Of a DNA stretch of 64,000 nt, positions 41,921 through 51,894 are shown in pieces (position 1 is the first letter of the stretch; the number at the start of each line of letters is the position of its first letter). The stretch is taken from assembly GCF_902713615.1 (NCBI RefSeq), contig NW_024055454.1, positions 1 to 64,000 of the forward strand, given 5' to 3'. Source of the stretch: Scyliorhinus canicula. Taxonomy: Eukaryota. The notes under the pieces are model-generated. The model worked only from the letters and a program-made list of their open reading frames with translations. It searched no databases and was not told where the DNA came from. Position numbers and translations under genes: made by a program.

Positions 41921-42172
41921 GCATTAGAACGGGAGGATTGGCAGCTGGGCAACTCGAACCAAATATAACATCAAGATCTGACAGTCACTCAATTCATTAG
42001 GATCTAAATATCACAAACTGTCAATGTGCTTGTCTGTTCGGACTGTGGGAAGAGATTTCAAACATCAGTGTGACTGGAAAAGCCCCGAGACTCACACACA
42101 CCTGAGTGGGAGTGTTCCAGTGAACTGACTGTGGAAAGAGCTTTAACCATGTACACAGCCTGAAAAATCATC
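41921..42172 (+). pseudogene. Truncated ZNF coding-exon leader with decayed fingers, cut off by a CR1 fragment
   Basis: Acceptor tatttttcag at 41911-41920; similar to the reverse complement of 36700-36950 (catcagtgtgactggaaaag, gtgttccagtgaactgactgtggaaagagctttaacc). Confidence 0.75.
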
Positions 42173-42994
42173 TTGTTTCGTCTTGTGGGACAGTCTGAGG
42201 GCATAATCTCAGAGTAAGGAGTCTCAAATTTAGGACAGAGACGAGGAAGCATTCTTCCATCGGAGGGCAGTGAATCTGTGGAATTCTTCAGCTGTGCAAT
42301 CATTCTGTCTCTGGAATTTACCATAAAAAGGCAAAGGTGAAGGTGTCTTATCCCGGATGGGCCGCTTGGTGGCGCAGTCGCTCTTTCACTGAGGGGCCTT
42401 GAGTTCAGACACATCCCAGACAGGCCTGGTGAGAAATATCTGTCTGGGAAAGGGGAGAAAACTGTATAATCGGGGAAAAGGATCAGTGCCGATGGACCTG
42501 AGAGAAAGGAGTTCAGATTAGTCTTATTTTTTCATTTTTGATTCAATATTTATTAAAATTTCAGCGAAAATATTACACAAAAGTTTATTTTGATGTTTAT
42601 AAAAGGGAACATAGCGATTGAGGGTCACAGTGAGAACAGAACACACGCCCTCTGAGCTGCCAAATGTATGTACAACTGTAACAGACACAAGAGAGAACAG
42701 GAGCTCAACATAAAGGGAAGAAAACTGTTGTGAATAAGGTACGATGTAAGTTACTTATTTAGACATGACATTGAGAGAAATTATTAGCTACAATTACATT
42801 ACAGCCAAAATTATCTCGTACATTTTAAACTGAAAAGCAGAAATACTGTCCATGATTGTCTCAGTTACAGATGCAGAATAATAAACTGAGAGAATTTTAC
42901 TGTTAGAGTCACCAAGAGGAGATATTGTATTTCTGTCACACACAGATCATAATAAACAGCTGAGGGAAATCTACAGCATCCGAACGTCAACCGA

Positions 42995-43003
42995 TCACTT
43001 GAT
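42995..43003 (-). CDS. IgW: Ig heavy-chain TM2 exon coding part (IK*); candidate poly(A) signals at 42584-42589 and 42549-42554
   Basis: Minus strand reads ttttctctctcttttacag|ATC AAG TGA, in phase 0 with the TM1 donor. Confidence 0.8.
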   Translation of the reverse strand: MK

Positions 43004-43143
43004 CTGTAAAAGAGAGAGAAAATGATGAAGCAGATGTTTATGATCTGGGACATTGATGTTAGAGTTTTTAATCAATCAAACATTTAGAGATGTTTTAAAC
43101 GGCTTCTGTCAGTTTGAAGTGTGAGTGGATTGAATCTTCTCAC

Positions 43144-43271
43144 CTTCACCAGAGTGACTGCAGCGCTGTAGGAAATGCTCAGGAAGAACAGGGTGATGAA
43201 TGTGGAAGCGGTTGTCCAGATGTTGCCGTTATCATCCTCATTGTCTTCAGTCCAGGTGTGGTCTGTGGTAT
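43144..43271 (-). CDS. IgW: Ig heavy-chain TM1 exon: (D)TTDHTWTEDNEDDNGNIWTTASTFITLFFLSISYSAAVTLVK
   Basis: 128 nt with acceptor ...ttcccgtag and donor GTGAGA; contains the conserved antigen-receptor TM pattern TF..LF.LS..Y...VT; joins in frame to the internal donor at 47194. Confidence 0.95.
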
Positions 43272-43419
43272 CTACGGGAATAGAGCCGAATAAATATAAT
43301 CAGATTGTTTATTAATCCAGGATATGTTTTTAATATTCTCGTTTCATTTTCTCCCGCTGCTAATTCATTCTTTAATATATTTGTCATTGCATATCTACTG
43401 TTGAGTTCGTGACACTCAG

Positions 43420-44550
43420 AAATCGATCTCTGTAACTTAATTTTTCCAATTAAGGGGCAAGTTAGCATGGTCAATCCACCTAGCCTGCGCATCTTTGGGT
43501 TGTCGGGGTGAGACCCACGGGTCATGGAGAAACTCCACAGGGACACAGACCCAGGAGCAGGATCGTGAGGCAGCAGTGCTAACCATTGCGTCACCGTGCC
43601 GCCCTTGCCTGACGTTTGTGTTTGTTCTTTAGCTTTTGTGTCTGTGTAGATGCGAAATTCGTGTTTCTTTACTCTTCGTTTGTGTGTCCCGATGTCTTTA
43701 TAAGTGTCATTGTACGGCAGCACGGTGACACAGTGGTTAGCAACGCTGCCTACGTCGCTGAGGACCTGGGATCGAATCCCGGCCCTGGGTCACTGTCCGC
43801 GTGGAGTTTGCACATTCTCCCCGTGTCTGCGTGCGTTTCACCCCCACAACCCAAAGACGTGCAGGTTAGGTGGATTGGCCATGCTAATTTGCCCCTTAAT
43901 TGGAAAAAATAATTGGCTACCCTAAATTTTAAAAAAATAAGTGTCATTGTGTGTGTTCATGTGTCAATGAGTATTGATTTGTGTGTCAGCACCTGTGTGT
44001 AAATTTATCTTAAATCAATGTGTATTTATGAGTGTTTTATTGTGTGTTTGTGTGTTGAAGTCTATGTTTATATATTAATGCCTGTGTTAATATAAGTTTA
44101 TACTTCCCTGCCCAGTAATAAAAGTGTTAATGTGTCTTTATACGTTCAACATGCATGTCATTGTCTTAATGTTTGTGTCTGGATAAGTACGTTTGTGTGT
44201 GTGTGTGTTTGTTGATGCGTATATTTCATCATAGAATCATCATCGGATAATCGCGACTGTGCCGAACGAGGCCATTCTGCAAGAGTCTGCACCGACCCTC
44301 GGAAAGAGCACCCTCCCTGGACTAATGCCCCTGCCCTTTCCGCAGAACCTGGTAACCCCACCTAACATTGTGGGCACTAAGGGGTAATACAGCATGGCCA
44401 ATCCACCGAACCTGCACATCTTTGGACTGTGGGAGGAAACCGGAGCACCCGTAGGAAACAGGAACAGACACGGGAGAACGTGGGAACACCACACAGTCAC
44501 CCAAGGCTGGAATTGAACCCGGGTTTATGGCGCTGTGAGGCAGTAGTGCT
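43420..44550. mobile_element. Three V-SINEs in the CH-TM intron: 43420-43595 (-), 43715-43935 (+), 44230-44550 (-)
   Basis: tRNA-like heads and V domain. Confidence 0.85.
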
Positions 44551-44559
44551 ATTTATGCA

Positions 44560-45200
44560 TTGATGGTTGTTTATAACCATCTATTGATGTGTATTGATGA
44601 TTCTATGTGTATTCATATGTGTTCGTGTCAGCATGTGTACAAGTCTGTTAATATGTGTCGGCGTGAGCCCATTAGTGTGTTAATGTGGATTATTGTCTCT
44701 GAATGGAAATATTTCTGTCATCGTGAAATTCTGCTAATGTATATGTTATTGGTTACATTTGTGTTTAATATTCTTCTGTCAGCCTGCTTGTCTGGTTTTA
44801 TATGTTTGTGTATCTGTGTGGACATGTGGCTGTATGTGGCTGTTTGTGTACATTTGTGTAGCCACTTGTGTGTGTGGATTTGTGTGTCTATGTGTGGATG
44901 TGCACGTGTGCCTGTATCTGTATAAATGTGTGCTTGTTTGTGTTTATGTGCATGTTTGTGATTTTTTTGCGCACATTTGCGTGTGTTTTGTGTCAAAATA
45001 TGTGTGGTTCGTTGTGCCTGGGTGTATGTTTATGCATGTGTTTCTATGTGTGTGTCCATGTGTGTGTTTGTGTCTACGTGTGAGCGTGTGTGTGTTTGTG
45101 GGTCTGTGTGCATGTGTGTGTAGTGTCTGTGTCTGTTTATCTGTCTGTGTATTTGTATCAGCTGCCTGTAGCTTTGCCAGTTGTGGGTATTATTGGTACC
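44560..45200. repeat. Degenerate (TG)n-rich simple repeat (also 43950-44225)
   Basis: Composition; the overlapping Cys/Val-rich ORFs are spurious. Confidence 0.9.
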
Positions 45201-45749
45201 GATGTAGAATATGTTGAACTTTCTGCTTATAAACGTGTTTTGTGTGAGCTGCAAGCTGACATCAGGTGACCGAATGCAAAAATACAAGGAGGTGCCTCAG
45301 GAGAGAACAGTGAAAATCCAGCGAGAATTCAATCACCAGTCTGGATTTGGATTATGGGGAGTCGGTCTCAGCATACGGATAAGAGGGACAAGGGTGCTAA
45401 AAAATTCTGTTGCATAAATAGATACTTTAAGAACATCTTTATCATGATGGTCTTTTAAACCCTTCAGCCAGTAAGCTACATGCCGTCTTGACATTTCAGT
45501 AACTGATTTCGTCGTCTAGTGAACGGTTTACTTCCAAACTCCCTGCTTGGGGACTGTGAAGATATTGAGTTAATAATCTCCCTCTCTTTGGTCAGCTCAG
45601 CAAATTCCCTTTGGGTTCTCCCTGCTGGAGGTGGAGATACAGAGAGTTCACTCGTCACCTTCCTCCTCTTTATGTCGGGTAAGTGGAGGTAAAATGGGTC
45701 AGCATTGCCCCTTTGCTCTCTTTGTTGGGGATGTGTGGGTACAATGGAT

Positions 45750-46670
45750 TAAATAATGCCGCTCCACTCATTGTTGGAAGCAGGGGTTATAGTGGTATTT
45801 ACTCAGGCCCCACCGTCTCTTTGTTGGGGAAGGAGGGTACAGTGTGTTAACTAATGCCCTCCCTCTCTTTGCGGGGAAATTGAGGTACAGTGTGTTAACT
45901 AATGCCCCCCCCCCCCCTCGCTTTGCTGGGGAAGTTGAGGTACAGTGTGTTAACTAATGCCCCTCGCCTCTCTTTGCTGTTGAAGTGGAGGTAGTGTGTT
46001 AACTAATGCCCCTACCCATCTCTTTGCTGTGGAAGGTGGAGGTACAATGTGTAAACTAATGCCCCTCCCCCTCTCTTTGCTGGGAAAATGAGGTTACAGT
46101 GTGTTAACTAATGCCCTACCCCTCTCTTTGCCGGGAAGTGCCGGTACAATTGAATTAAGTTTAATGCTCCTCTCCTCTCTTTGCTGTGGAATAGGGTTAC
46201 AGTGGATTAACTAATGCCCCTCCCACCTCTCTCTTTTTGGGGAAGTGGGGGTACAGTGGATTAACTAATGCCCCTCCCCATCCTCTGTTGAGGAAGTGGG
46301 GGTACAGTGGATTAATTAATGCCCCTCCCCCTCCCTCTGTTGAGGTGGGGGTACAGTGCATTAACTAATGCCCCTCCCCTCTCTCTATTGGGGAAGTGGG
46401 GGTACAGCGGATTAACTAATGCCCCTCCCCCTCCCTCGGTTGAGGAAGTGGGGGTACAGTGGAATAACTAATGCCCCTCCCCCTCTTTGTTGGTGAAGTG
46501 GGGGTACAGTGGAATAACTAATGCCCCTCCCCCTCTTTGTTGGGAAGTGGGGGTACAGTGGATAACTAATACCCCTCCCCATCTTGTTGGGGAAAGCGGG
46601 GGTAAAGTGGATTAACTAATGCCCCTCCCCTTCTTCTTGTTGGTGAAGTGCGGGTACAGTGGATTAACAA
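45750..46670. repeat. ~50-55 bp minisatellite, about 18 copies
   Basis: Consensus TTAACTAATGCCCCTCCCCCTCTTTGTTGGGGAAGTGGGGGTACAGTGGA; copies become more homogeneous toward 46.2-46.65 kb. Confidence 0.95.
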
Positions 46671-47131
46671 TTTTCAACTTTGCCCTCTCATGACAGGGGA
46701 TTGTCGGTCCTGTTTCTGTGTGGCCCTCAATTCAGATTGCAGTGCGTGTGATACAGCAACTTAAAGCTGACATCAATTTAAAGGGATGGACAATGAGAGC
46801 AGCAGGAACACCGAGATTTAAATGTGATGGGTTTGTTTGTCTGAAATGGGAAAGTGCCCGACTTCTCCTCAGCGGGAGGAAAGTCAATGAAGATATTTTG
46901 CTGAATCCTGGAATGAATGAGTTTTACTCTGTCTCTAACCCAGGGTGTATCTGAGCTGGGAGCTCTGGTTGTATCAGACTTGGAGACCTGTAGAAATCCG
47001 GGTCTCATTGAACAGATCTAATATCAGCAAAGTGGAAGCACCATTAATTAAACGGCTGTACATTTAAATCACAATTGGAGGAAAAAAACTTTATTATTTT
47101 TATTTTAGTTCGAAATATAACCAATCGATTC

Positions 47132-47523
47132 TCATTGACATGAATTAACGGTGTCCATCAGAGCGAGGGAAATGTTCACAAAACTGGGTTTACCGCTGGA
47201 TTTATCAACCGTTCTGTTGATGATCTTCAAGGGGATGGCTTCATGTCCCACCACACAGGAGTAAGAAGCGCCGCTGGCCCACTCCTCCGCTGCAATGGAT
47301 AATAGGCTGTACATGAAGAAGGAGCTATTGCCGTTCTCCGCCATCACCTCGGTGTTCTTGTAGTTGCCGGGATTCACCGGCTTGTCATTGACGGTCCACT
47401 TGACGAAGATCTCTCGGGGGGAGAAACCTCTCACTAAGCAGCTGAGGGAGACGAATCTCTGAGCGGAGACATCTTCAGCCGAGGGCAGGAGGACAGAGAC
47501 GGACGGTTCCCGCGGATTGGGAT
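47132..47523 (-). CDS. IgW: IgW terminal CH exon with secretory tailpiece (homologous to the last IgW CH and IgNAR C5), intact
   Basis: Acceptor ttttctgcag|AT; C1-set domain LSCLVRGF...VKW...YSCVVGHE; tail [20 protein letters not shown] with an N-glycan sequon and penultimate Cys; internal donor G|GTAAAC at 47194; AATAAA at 47099-47104 and 47090-47095. Confidence 0.95.
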
Positions 47524-47739
47524 CTGCAGAAAATGTACAATAAATGTCAATAAAATGGGGAATTCCGGAGACAATGGAACCGCGGGTTAGATGTGGGAGA
47601 AATGTGTTTTGTGTTGGATTTAAAGGTTTCCATTTCCCACTTTGGGATCTGTACGGTTTCCCAGCTCGGAGCAGAGGTGGGCACAATCCTTTTCCCTGAG
47701 AATTTACGGATATTGGATTCGAAAGTTTCAGAAAGTGTA

Positions 47740-48900
47740 CAGCAGGGGAACAGGCCATTCGGCCCAACTATTCTGTGCTGGTGTAAACTCCCACCAGGCT
47801 CCTCCCACCTTACTCCCAGAGGATTGGGAAACTGCCAATGTCACACCCTTATTCAAAAGGGAGGGAGACAAAAACAGATAACTACAGTATAGGCCAGTGA
47901 CCTTAACATTGTCAGTGGGAAACGGTTTGAGTCCATTATAAACGGATCCAATAGCTGAGCATTTAGAAATACACAATATAATCAAACAGAGTCAGCCGGC
48001 TTCGTGAAGGTGAAATCATGCCTGACAAATTTATTGCCCTTATTTGAGGTGATAAGGAGAAAGCTAGAAAAGGGGGGCAGTAGATGTAATATACATAAAT
48101 TTCAAAACTGTGTTAATAAATGAATGTACTATTCCCACGGCTGCAGATGACAAAAATATAAAGGCAAGTGGTGAGGTTACAGAAAATCTAGAGAGGGACA
48201 GAGACAGCTTAAGTTACTGAGTAAAAACTTGGCAGATGGAACATAATGTTGAGAAATGTGAGGTGAGACACTTTGGTAGGAGGAGGAACATAACGGAATG
48301 TTATTTAGATGGAGAAACACTTAGAAAGCTGAAGTAACGGGGGAATTGGGGGTCCTCGCGCAGAAACCACAAAACGCAAGTTCTGCAGGTAATATGGAGA
48401 CAATTGAATGTTGACATTTATTTCAAAGGGAATAGAATATAAACATGGGAAGTCTGGCTAAAACTATACAAGGCATTAGTTAGACTACACCTGATATACT
48501 TTGAATAGTTTTGGTGCCCTTATCTAAGGAAGACAGATTGGTTTTGAGGGCAGTCCAGAGATGGATCACGATGTTGATCCCGAGTATGGAGGGATTTTCT
48601 TATGGGGAGAGGTTAAGTAGGCTGGGCCTGGACTGATTGGAGTTTAGAAGAATGAAGGCGGCTAATTGAGACATGAAAGATTCTCAGGGAGCTTCGGAGT
48701 GTAGCTGTGAGATTGTTTTCCCTTGTGGGAGCATCTCGGACCAGAGTGCAGGATCACATAGTCAATGTTCGCCCATTTCAGACAGAGATGAGAAGGAATT
48801 TCCTCTCTCAGAGCGTCCGGGAGCTGTAGAATTATTTAACCCAGGGGGCTGTAGATTCTGGGTTGTTCAGTATGTTCAAGGTTGAGAGAGACATATTTTA
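47740..48900 (+). mobile_element. Degenerate CR1 ORF2 fragment in the CH3-terminal CH intron
   Basis: LPEDWETANVTPLFK, WQMEHNVEKCEV.HFG and related CR1 motifs. Confidence 0.85.
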
Positions 48901-49497
48901 AACCAATGAGAGATATGGGATTGGATTTTGTTTATTGTCACGTGTACCGAGGTACAGTGAAAAGTATTTTTCTGCAAGCAGCTCAACAGATCATTAAGTA
49001 CATGAAAAGAAAGGGAAATAAAATAAAATACATAACAGGGCAACATAAGGTACACAATGTAACTACTTAACACCGGCATCGGGTGAAGCATACAGAGGTG
49101 TAGTGTTAATGAGGTCAGTCCGTAAGAGGGTCGTTTAGGTGTCTGGTAACAGCGGGAGAAGGCGGGAAAGAGGAGTTGAAGATCATCACATCAGATCAGT
49201 TATGATCTCATTGAAGGCTGGATCAGTGTTGTTGGGCTGAATGGCCTACGTCTGCTCCTAAGTCTTGTGGTCTATGGTCTCGCTTCATCTTAACCCACTA
49301 TCACTGGGTTTAATTCATTGTTTCATTCATCTACATATCAATTTCCCACCCTGAAACTCTAAACGCCCAGAGTATTTAGTTAGTGGAATTACCAATTAGA
49401 ATGGACCATAAATACACTGAATGCTAAATACTGACCGCTGCACTGACACTGGAAATAGACACAATCATTCACTTATTGCTTCAGTCTCACCACTCAC

Positions 49498-49804
49498 CTA
49501 TTTTTTTGTGAATTGAAATTCTTAAAGGAGTTGGCAGGTCCTGATGGCTCGCCACACAGTCAAACACAGCCCCACTCAGCCAGGCTTGTGTCGAGATGTT
49601 AATTTGCTGACCCGCTCTCAGTATCTGCCCCAGGCTCGTCGGCAATCTCTGATTTCAGCGGCTTCTTCGCTTCACTCCCGGACACGTTGACTCCCTAAGG
49701 AGCATTCGAAATGACGCAGGTTAAGGTTACAGTCGCCTCCAGTAAGACCTGTTCTATTGGTGGTGGCAGTATTGTTACTGAGGCGGTAATACAATCAGAA
49801 GGAT
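49498..49804 (-). pseudogene. IgW: IgW CH3 exon (IgNAR C2-like), disrupted; not shown by the ORF track
   Basis: Acceptor ttcacag|AT and donor G|GTGAGT. Reads [42 protein letters not shown]...; TAG at 49697-49695, conserved Trp read as GGG at 49679-49677, net frameshift near 49600-49612; resumes [34 protein letters not shown]. Length 307 nt is not a multiple of 3. Confidence 0.9.
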
Positions 49805-50433
49805 CTGTGAATGAAAACATGAAAATCAACACAAGTTTCATCTTCAGAATCAGGACAGAAGGATTCAGCCTTCACTCACTCAATGGGAATAAATCAACTT
49901 CGAAACTTCTAATGATCGCCATTAATCTTCTGTACACAATGGAAAACCAGTTTGGTCATCTTAAACGATTCTCATTGTGAAATACAGTCAGCACCAATGG
50001 CATTCTAATGAACGAGTATTGCAGCATTCCCAATACAAATATTCCAATCCTGATCTCGGAAACCTAATACGGAAGGCTGATTTTAATAGGTTGAATGAAC
50101 TTTCCAACAATTTTCCTTGGAGCTGTTATCAATAAAGGGGTTCAGACACCCACTGCCTCTCAAATATAATCAGCTGTCTCAGGATAAGGCTGATATCAAA
50201 TCCACCTCACTCACTAAATGACTTCAAATTAGAGGGAAACATTTATTTCTCTGCTGATCAAATCCTGAATGGTGAGCAATCCAAATGCAGCTCTTACATC
50301 AGAATGAAACACAAACTACATGGCAGTAAATTAGAAGTTATTCTGTGCTTTGTCCTGATTTTAATAAATTCCTGATTTGGATTAACATCAGAGTGCAGGA
50401 TGATTTATTGTTTCCTCTGTTTGTGTCTCTTAC

Positions 50434-50737
50434 CAGACGGGTGATGTTGTGACTTTGGGTGACCTCTTGATGAGTGACCTGGCAGGTATAGACCGCTTTG
50501 CTGAACCATTCCCCCGGAGACTGTCAGCCGACTGCTCGCCGAGAAGTTCCCGTTCACTTCACAGGCGGGAGAGGTGACAATTCCTGAAGCCATGGGTTGT
50601 CCATTCTTCAGCCACTTTACCGTGATTGAATTTGTCTGGAAATCGTTAATTGAACAGACGATGGTTGCAAATTTCTGTCTTGTGATTTCTTCACTGGAAC
50701 TCACGGTGAGGATAACATTGGAGGGACACCAGGGGGC
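50434..50737 (-). pseudogene. IgW: IgW CH2 exon, frameshifted
   Basis: VILTVSSSEEIT...ATIVCSI.DF..SITVKWLKNG...FSASSRLTV, then after a shift [15 protein letters not shown]; acceptor ttcttgaag and donor GTAAGA; 304 nt with frame slips near 50720-50735, 50512 and 50438. Confidence 0.9.
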
Positions 50738-50934
50738 CTTCAAGAAACACAATTTAGACATTTCTTGCAGAAGATGGTGTGACAAATAAAATGATTTATA
50801 TTTTAACTGTTTTCTGCGGCCAATATTTTCCTCAGGAATCAGAACGGCACACTTTATCATAAATATGTTATAGCCAAAGGTGTAAATAAAGTAATCACAG
50901 CGGTTCTGCTTCGCACAGTTTCCATAACACTTAC

Positions 50935-51227
50935 ATGTCATTCCAATGCTCTTGTCTGAGCCGCTGTGTCGAACCTCACAGCTGATTTTGCTGCATCCCC
51001 CTCTGACTCGGTGATGGTTAACTGGCTGCTCAGGGTGTAGGTTCCCTTCTTGTTTCTCTGACGGGTATTCCTTAACTCCAGTGCTGATCAGCTGCCCATC
51101 TTTCTTCCAGGTAAGGCTGGTGATTTCTGGGGAGTAGTCCATCGCCAAACAGCCGTAGGTGACGGAGCCGTCGGTGTTGTGTTGCTGACAGGAGACCAGG
51201 CTGTAGAGAGTGGCGGAGACGGTGTCG
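50935..51227 (-). pseudogene. IgW: IgW CH1 exon, frameshifted
   Basis: Acceptor tctctcccag|CG and donor T|GTAAGT; ATPSPP/LYSLVSCQQHNTDGSVTYGCLAMDYSPEITSLTWKKDG.../NKKGTYTLSSQLTITESE/CSKISCEVRHSGSDKSIGM, with about -1, -2 and -1 nt slips; 293 nt. Confidence 0.92.
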
Positions 51228-51894
51228 CTGGGAGAGAATGGCCAATTGAACAAGTTAGACTCTGGGATTTGTCATTAAGTATCATACAACTTAGAATTTG
51301 GATAAAGTTACAAATTTATCATAAACCGTTCGCATTAAAACTGCATCCATACTTGAGCTTCTGTTACTTCTAACTTTTGAGAATCACCATTTGTTTATTC
51401 CCTCTTTAGAAACTCACATCTCTTTCTCCATTTCTAACACCTTGCAGAAATTAGCATTATGGTGCCATCTGAAAATGTACCATTCATTCCTTTCAATGAG
51501 CAGAGCGGAGGGTTTCCCCATTATTTATGACACCAATGTTTTTTCCACCAACAGCACTTGTGATAAAGAAGTTGTCTCTTCATTTCGGTCATTGCTGTTT
51601 GGAAATTGCCTGTGTTCAAACTGACTGATGTCCCCCATCTCTCCACCTCACTACCCCCACTCCCCAAAACAGGGAGTCGTGACTTTGCTTCAGAAAAATC
51701 ATTCAGGTATTTAAATAATGACTATAAAATTCTACGTTTGAGCACATGTGCAAGTAACTCCAAATTCTCCAATTACAGGACCCTGGACATTAAAAGCGGG
51801 ATGCGGCCATTCGTCCCTCAGGTCTCCTGCACCATTCAATATGATTATGGCGGAGCAGATTGTGGGATGGACTCCGCATTCCATGTATCCGTAT

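Noticed and set aside
44560-45290. Cys/Val- or His/Thr-rich ORFs (also 61575-63606)
   Set aside because: They are translations of (TG)n/(CA)n simple repeats.
47132-47523. Assignment of the locus to IgM or IgNAR
   Set aside because: From recall, the CH1 and CH2 exons match IgW, and IgNAR lacks such a CH1. The terminal exon alone cannot separate IgW from IgNAR; a BLAST or tree would confirm.
47132-47767. 211 aa ORF with an apparent N-terminal extension
   Set aside because: Everything upstream of the acceptor at 47524 is intron or CR1 sequence.
50405-51253. 282 aa ORF read as one Ig gene
   Set aside because: It is a chance read-through of frameshifted CH1, a 197 bp intron and CH2; the real exon boundaries are given above.
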